Source: Alphaproteobacteria bacterium (GTDB taxonomy: Bacteria > Pseudomonadota > Alphaproteobacteria > G965218375). From it: a stretch of DNA of 64,000 nucleotides. The position numbers were made by a program, and so were the translations under genes. This document shows positions 60,382-64,000 of this stretch, one piece after another. Under the pieces are notes generated by a model that saw nothing but the letters and a program-made list of their open reading frames with translations, was not told where the DNA came from and did no database searches. The number at the start of each line of letters is the position of its first letter. Positions within the stretch are counted from its first letter, which is position 1. The stretch lies in contig OZ244618.1 in NCBI GenBank assembly GCA_965218375.1, forward strand, positions 186,432 through 250,431, in the 5' to 3' direction.

Positions 60382-61043
60382 TTTAAGGTAATCTCTTTTA
60401 AGGAGAAACGAATCAAGTCTGGCTCAGATGCCGAACTTCCAAGCTCCTTCACTGCCTTCATCGCAACTAAAAAAGCATCTGATTGACCATACCCTAAGTT
60501 TATTAGAGCGCTGACAATGTCATTAACCCTGTGCTCACCCTCAAGCTCTGCCGCTTCTGATTGCCTATCAGATGTAGAAGACTCCGAACTATTAAATTCA
60601 TTATTTTCAGTTAGTTGATGAGTTTTATTAACAGATGACTTCAACTTTACCAGCTTGTCTTTTACTTCATTTATCAGCCGTTGCGCCAGCTTAACACCCA
60701 CACCACTTACACAGGTCAGCTTTTGTTTATCTCCACTTAAAATTGCCATTTCTATGGCATGCAGCGAGAGGGCAGATAAAATTGCTAAGCCCATTTTCAT
60801 CCCGACCCCTTGGGTACTTGTGAGCAAACGAAACATCTCCCGCTCGGTTTCTGATAAAAAGCCGTATAAATTAATACAGTCCTCACGCACGTAAGTTTCA
60901 ATGACCAGCGTCACTTCTTGATCACGAATTAAAGTTTGTAGCGTCCGCGTTGAACAAAAAACTAAGTATCCGACGCCACCAACCATTATAATGGCAGAAT
61001 CTTCACCGACCATGTCAATTAGACCTTTTAACTTGGCGATCAC
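60378..61043 (-). CDS. ruvA: Holliday junction DNA helicase RuvA
   Basis: MIAKLKG...GVGY N-terminus and HhH motifs ([23 protein letters not shown]). Overlaps ruvB and ruvC by 4 nt each. Confidence 0.93.
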   Translation of the reverse strand: MIAKLKGLIDMVGEDSAIIMVGGVGYLVFCSTRTLQTLIRDQEVTLVIETYVREDCINLYGFLSETEREMFRLLTSTQGVGMKMGLAILSALSLHAIEMAILSGDKQKLTCVSGVGVKLAQRLINEVKDKLVKLKSSVNKTHQLTENNEFNSSESSTSDRQSEAAELEGEHRVNDIVSALINLGYGQSDAFLVAMKAVKELGSSASEPDLIRFSLKEITLK

Positions 61044-61537
61044 TGAGCTCCTCCGATTGACGCATTAAAGGCACGATGATGGGCGTGACATATGGCAACA
61101 GCCAGAGCATCAGACGCATCTTGAGAACTAAACTTAACCGCAGGCAGAAGGCGTGACACCATTGCTTCAACTTGACTTTTAGGGGCATTACCAGTGCCAA
61201 TGATAGACTTTTTAACGTGCTTTGCGCCGTATTCCCTCACTATAACCCCATAGCGTGCTGGCACCATTAAGACCACTCCTCGTGCATGAGCAAGTTTTAA
61301 GGTAGACTGGGCATTAATGTTCAGAAAAATAATCTCAACAGACGCTTCATCCGGTTGGTAAGCTTCAATTACCTCAGAGATGCCCCTATCAATAGTAACC
61401 AAACGCTCCGCCATACTCAAGAGCGTATCAGTGCGAATCGTCCCATTTGCAATATGGTGCAATTTATTCCCTTCACTTACAATGACCCCCCAGCCAGTTT
61501 TATTTAATCCAGGATCAAGCCCAATGATGCGCACCAT
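61040..61537 (-). CDS. ruvC: Crossover junction endodeoxyribonuclease RuvC
   Basis: IIGLDPGLNKTGWGVI motif; 165 aa. Confidence 0.95.
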   Translation of the reverse strand: MVRIIGLDPGLNKTGWGVIVSEGNKLHHIANGTIRTDTLLSMAERLVTIDRGISEVIEAYQPDEASVEIIFLNINAQSTLKLAHARGVVLMVPARYGVIVREYGAKHVKKSIIGTGNAPKSQVEAMVSRLLPAVKFSSQDASDALAVAICHAHHRAFNASIGGAQ

Positions 61538-61553
61538 ACTCTATCTCTTAATT

Positions 61554-62321
61554 CTATGAATTTTCCATGAGCTTTACTAATTCTTCGTATATCTCGTCAC
61601 TAAAGTCCTGGTTACACCACACATTTTGAACATCGTCAGAGTCTTCTAGGGCATTAATAAGTTTCATGATAGTTTGTGCAACACCCACATCATCAATTGT
61701 AATTGTATTAACCGGTTTCCAGCCAATCGTCGCGCTTTCAGGCTGTCCTAACTTTGTCTCTAGGGATTCGCACGCCTCATTAAAGGCTTCTGGCGAGACA
61801 ATAACTTCATAAAAACCCTTCTCGACCACAACATCCTCACCGCCAACGTGCAAGGCGAGCTCAAAAATCTCATCTTCAGAAATTACCGACATCGGATAGA
61901 CAATCCACCCCAACCGTTGAAACTGAAAAGATACGCTGCCATCTTCCCCTAATGAGCCGTTATATTTATTAAAAAGACTACGAATATGGGCTGCTGTACG
62001 GTTCCGATTATCTGTTAACGCCTCAATAATAATTGCCACACCATGGGAGCCATACCCCTCATAGCGCATCTCCTCATAATTATCACCTTCCGTCATGCCC
62101 AGACCCTTCTGAATTGCGCGAGCAATAATATCTTTGGGCATATTTTGAGCACGGGCAGCTGAAATTGCTGTGCGTAATCGAGGATTATTATCCTTATCTT
62201 CACCACCAGTTTTAACTGCAATTGTTAATTCACGCCCTAATTTAGTAAAAACCTTGGCGCGCTTACTATCTTGAGCACCTTTTCGGTACATAATATTTTT
62301 AAATTTACTATGGCCAGCCAT
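61554..62321 (-). CDS. yebC: YebC/PmpR-family DNA-binding regulator
   Basis: MAGHSKFKNIMYRKGAQDSKRAK N-terminus; 255 aa; classical position upstream of ruvC. Confidence 0.93.
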   Translation of the reverse strand: MAGHSKFKNIMYRKGAQDSKRAKVFTKLGRELTIAVKTGGEDKDNNPRLRTAISAARAQNMPKDIIARAIQKGLGMTEGDNYEEMRYEGYGSHGVAIIIEALTDNRNRTAAHIRSLFNKYNGSLGEDGSVSFQFQRLGWIVYPMSVISEDEIFELALHVGGEDVVVEKGFYEVIVSPEAFNEACESLETKLGQPESATIGWKPVNTITIDDVGVAQTIMKLINALEDSDDVQNVWCNQDFSDEIYEELVKLMENS

Positions 62322-62459
62322 AAAAACTTTATGCTTTCTTCTTTAAATTCCCCAACATGGCAAAACAAAATCAACGCGCATCTCCACTTCCCTATGAAAA
62401 AGCGCTCCTCAGCCTCTTAGATGATAAAGCTCTGATATTTTATAAATATGCTTTTCACC

Positions 62460-62951
62460 TTACGCCTCTTCTTTATCCTTAAACATAGCGGTAAATTCAG
62501 CCTGTGAGACAACTTCATTACCCACAAATGCATATCCCTCAAACTTCCAAACTGGACCACGAGAATGGAGTTTCTTCACCCCTAAACGTAAACGATCCCC
62601 TGGCACAACCGGCTTTCTAAAACGAACTTTATCAAACCCCATGAAAAAAATTAGTTTATTATCCGTAGGTTCATCAACACTTTCAAACACAAGAACAGCG
62701 GCAGTCTGTGCCATTGCCTCAACAATTAAAACGCCTGGCATAATAGGGCGTGATGGAAAGTGCCCAGGGAAAAAAGGCTCATTAATTGTGACATTCTTAA
62801 TTCCTGAAGCCGACTCACCAATGACCACATTCTCCAAACTATCAATCAACAAGAAAGGATAACGATGGGGAATACACTCCATAATTCTATTAATATCTAT
62901 AAAATCTATTGTAAGTTTAGAGGGTGTCTCAACCATAAAAATATTCTCCAT
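62460..62951 (-). CDS. fabZ: 3-hydroxyacyl-ACP dehydratase FabZ
   Basis: PHRYPFLLID and HFPSRPIMPGVLIVEAMAQ motifs. Confidence 0.93.
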   Translation of the reverse strand: MENIFMVETPSKLTIDFIDINRIMECIPHRYPFLLIDSLENVVIGESASGIKNVTINEPFFPGHFPSRPIMPGVLIVEAMAQTAAVLVFESVDEPTDNKLIFFMGFDKVRFRKPVVPGDRLRLGVKKLHSRGPVWKFEGYAFVGNEVVSQAEFTAMFKDKEEA

Positions 62952-63070
62952 TATTTAGCATAAAAAAAGACTATAGGCACATGGGGTGCCCTCGCCTTAG
63001 ACATTATTTTCCAACAATAATTTTAATTAACCAAGCAAGGTAACAACGTAATGATAGAAATATCCCTCTT

Positions 63071-63631
63071 TTAATCCCAAGATATTTCTTTCAGATCAAC
63101 CGAGGTCATTCTAATATTAAGCTGCGCCATCACAATATTTGTTATATCGATACTCGCGGCAAAATAAATGGGGAATGACTTATCAAACGCCACAGTAACC
63201 CCCCTTTTCTCCGCCTCACCCTGAACAATCTCATTAAGAGCTGATAAAATCTGCTCACGTCCGTCATTTAATAACAACGCGATTTTATTATTAATCTTTT
63301 CAATATCCTGCTTAACTTTCACCTGATAGGCTTCAAACTTTCTCAGCTTATCTTGAAAAGCCACCCGATCCAGAACCTTCTGGTCACGTAACAGACGATC
63401 CTCTTCCTGCTTAAGGGTATCATACCAAGAATTTATCAGTACCTGAAACTTATCCCGCTGCGCAAGCGCGAAGCTCGAAACCCACTGCCCCGCATTACTG
63501 TTGCTCAGAATATATTTGTAATCTACCACAACCACCTCAGATGATTGCCCATAGACAACGGGGGCTGCAAAAAAAGAGGCCGCCCAAAATACATACGCAA
63601 ATAGACGTAGCTTAAAAGTATGATTATTCAT
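63071..63631 (-). CDS. skp: OmpH/Skp-family periplasmic chaperone
   Basis: Signal peptide after the ATG at 63631, helical charged body, and position directly downstream of bamA. The 63685 start would overlap bamA. Confidence 0.8.
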   Translation of the reverse strand: MNNHTFKLRLFAYVFWAASFFAAPVVYGQSSEVVVVDYKYILSNSNAGQWVSSFALAQRDKFQVLINSWYDTLKQEEDRLLRDQKVLDRVAFQDKLRKFEAYQVKVKQDIEKINNKIALLLNDGREQILSALNEIVQGEAEKRGVTVAFDKSFPIYFAASIDITNIVMAQLNIRMTSVDLKEISWD

Positions 63632-63647
63632 ACATCCCAGTGGACGA

Positions 63648-64000
63648 CTATTGCATACTAAACTGTATATTCCTGACCTCATCATATTCTTCTTTTAAGT
63701 AAGGAAATGCATAAGAAATGGATATTGGGAAGAACCCAACATCAAGGGTAATGCCGATCCCAAAGGACGCTCTAATGGACTTGCCATGATCATATAGTTC
63801 GGTATTAATATTTTTCTCAAATCCCCAGACCATACCAAAGTCATGGAATAAACGCCCATACAGTTTTAAATTCTTCGACGGCATGGGTAAGGGGAACCGT
63901 ACACCAAAACTTCCATTAAAATAGTTTAGTCCACCAAATGCACTCTTAGTATCTTTACCCCGTGGTCCGATTCCAAAGTTTGCAAATCCACGAAGCATCT
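63648..64000 (-). CDS. bamA: Outer membrane protein assembly factor BamA, C-terminal end (gene continues beyond the right edge)
   Basis: Beta-barrel C-terminal pattern (...FGIGPRG..., ...SFGIGITL..., terminal ...NIQFSMQ), and the bamA-skp order. Confidence 0.8.
   Translation of the reverse strand, partial: MLRGFANFGIGPRGKDTKSAFGGLNYFNGSFGVRFPLPMPSKNLKLYGRLFHDFGMVWGFEKNINTELYDHGKSIRASFGIGITLDVGFFPISISYAFPYLKEEYDEVRNIQFSMQ

Overview
This is a 64-kb AT-rich chromosomal segment. Its gene content and local gene orders are typical of an alphaproteobacterium, probably a reduced or host-associated lineage (inference). The orders seen are rlpA-dac-tmk-holB-metG-tatD; mfd-sdhE-recG; gyrA-coaD-ppi; divergent ssb/uvrA; fliL-fliM and flgF-G-A-H; glmM-folP-ftsH-tilS-ybgF-pal-tolB-A-R-Q-ruvB-A-C-yebC; and fabZ-skp-bamA. 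I count about 58 protein genes and one tRNA-Ser(UGA), with no rRNA, no CRISPR array and no recognisable IS or transposase. Most of the window is housekeeping. Three parts are not core. (i) A visibly G+C-richer islet at the left edge abuts the 3' end of tRNA-Ser and carries a truncated nuclease-like gene plus decayed ORFs. (ii) An accessory block at about 26.2-36.0 kb holds an M19 dipeptidase homologue with substituted metal ligands, a fused HyuA/HyuB 5-oxoprolinase-type enzyme, a TRAP transporter and a MarR-like regulator, together with a palindromic operator candidate and a dif-like site. (iii) A flagellar block at 36-47.4 kb has a textbook sigma-54 promoter, an unassigned membrane coiled-coil gene inside the motor operon, and a 1,193-aa secreted repeat+TPR protein. 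That large protein is my best candidate for an undescribed function. Other observations are a tandem segmental duplication across the convergent DUF3126/mfd gene ends, coding microsatellites in ftsH and tolA, direct repeats upstream of tolQ, and the absence of lpxD/lpxA from the bamA-skp-fabZ cluster. All family assignments come from motif recognition by eye. No searches or computations were run.
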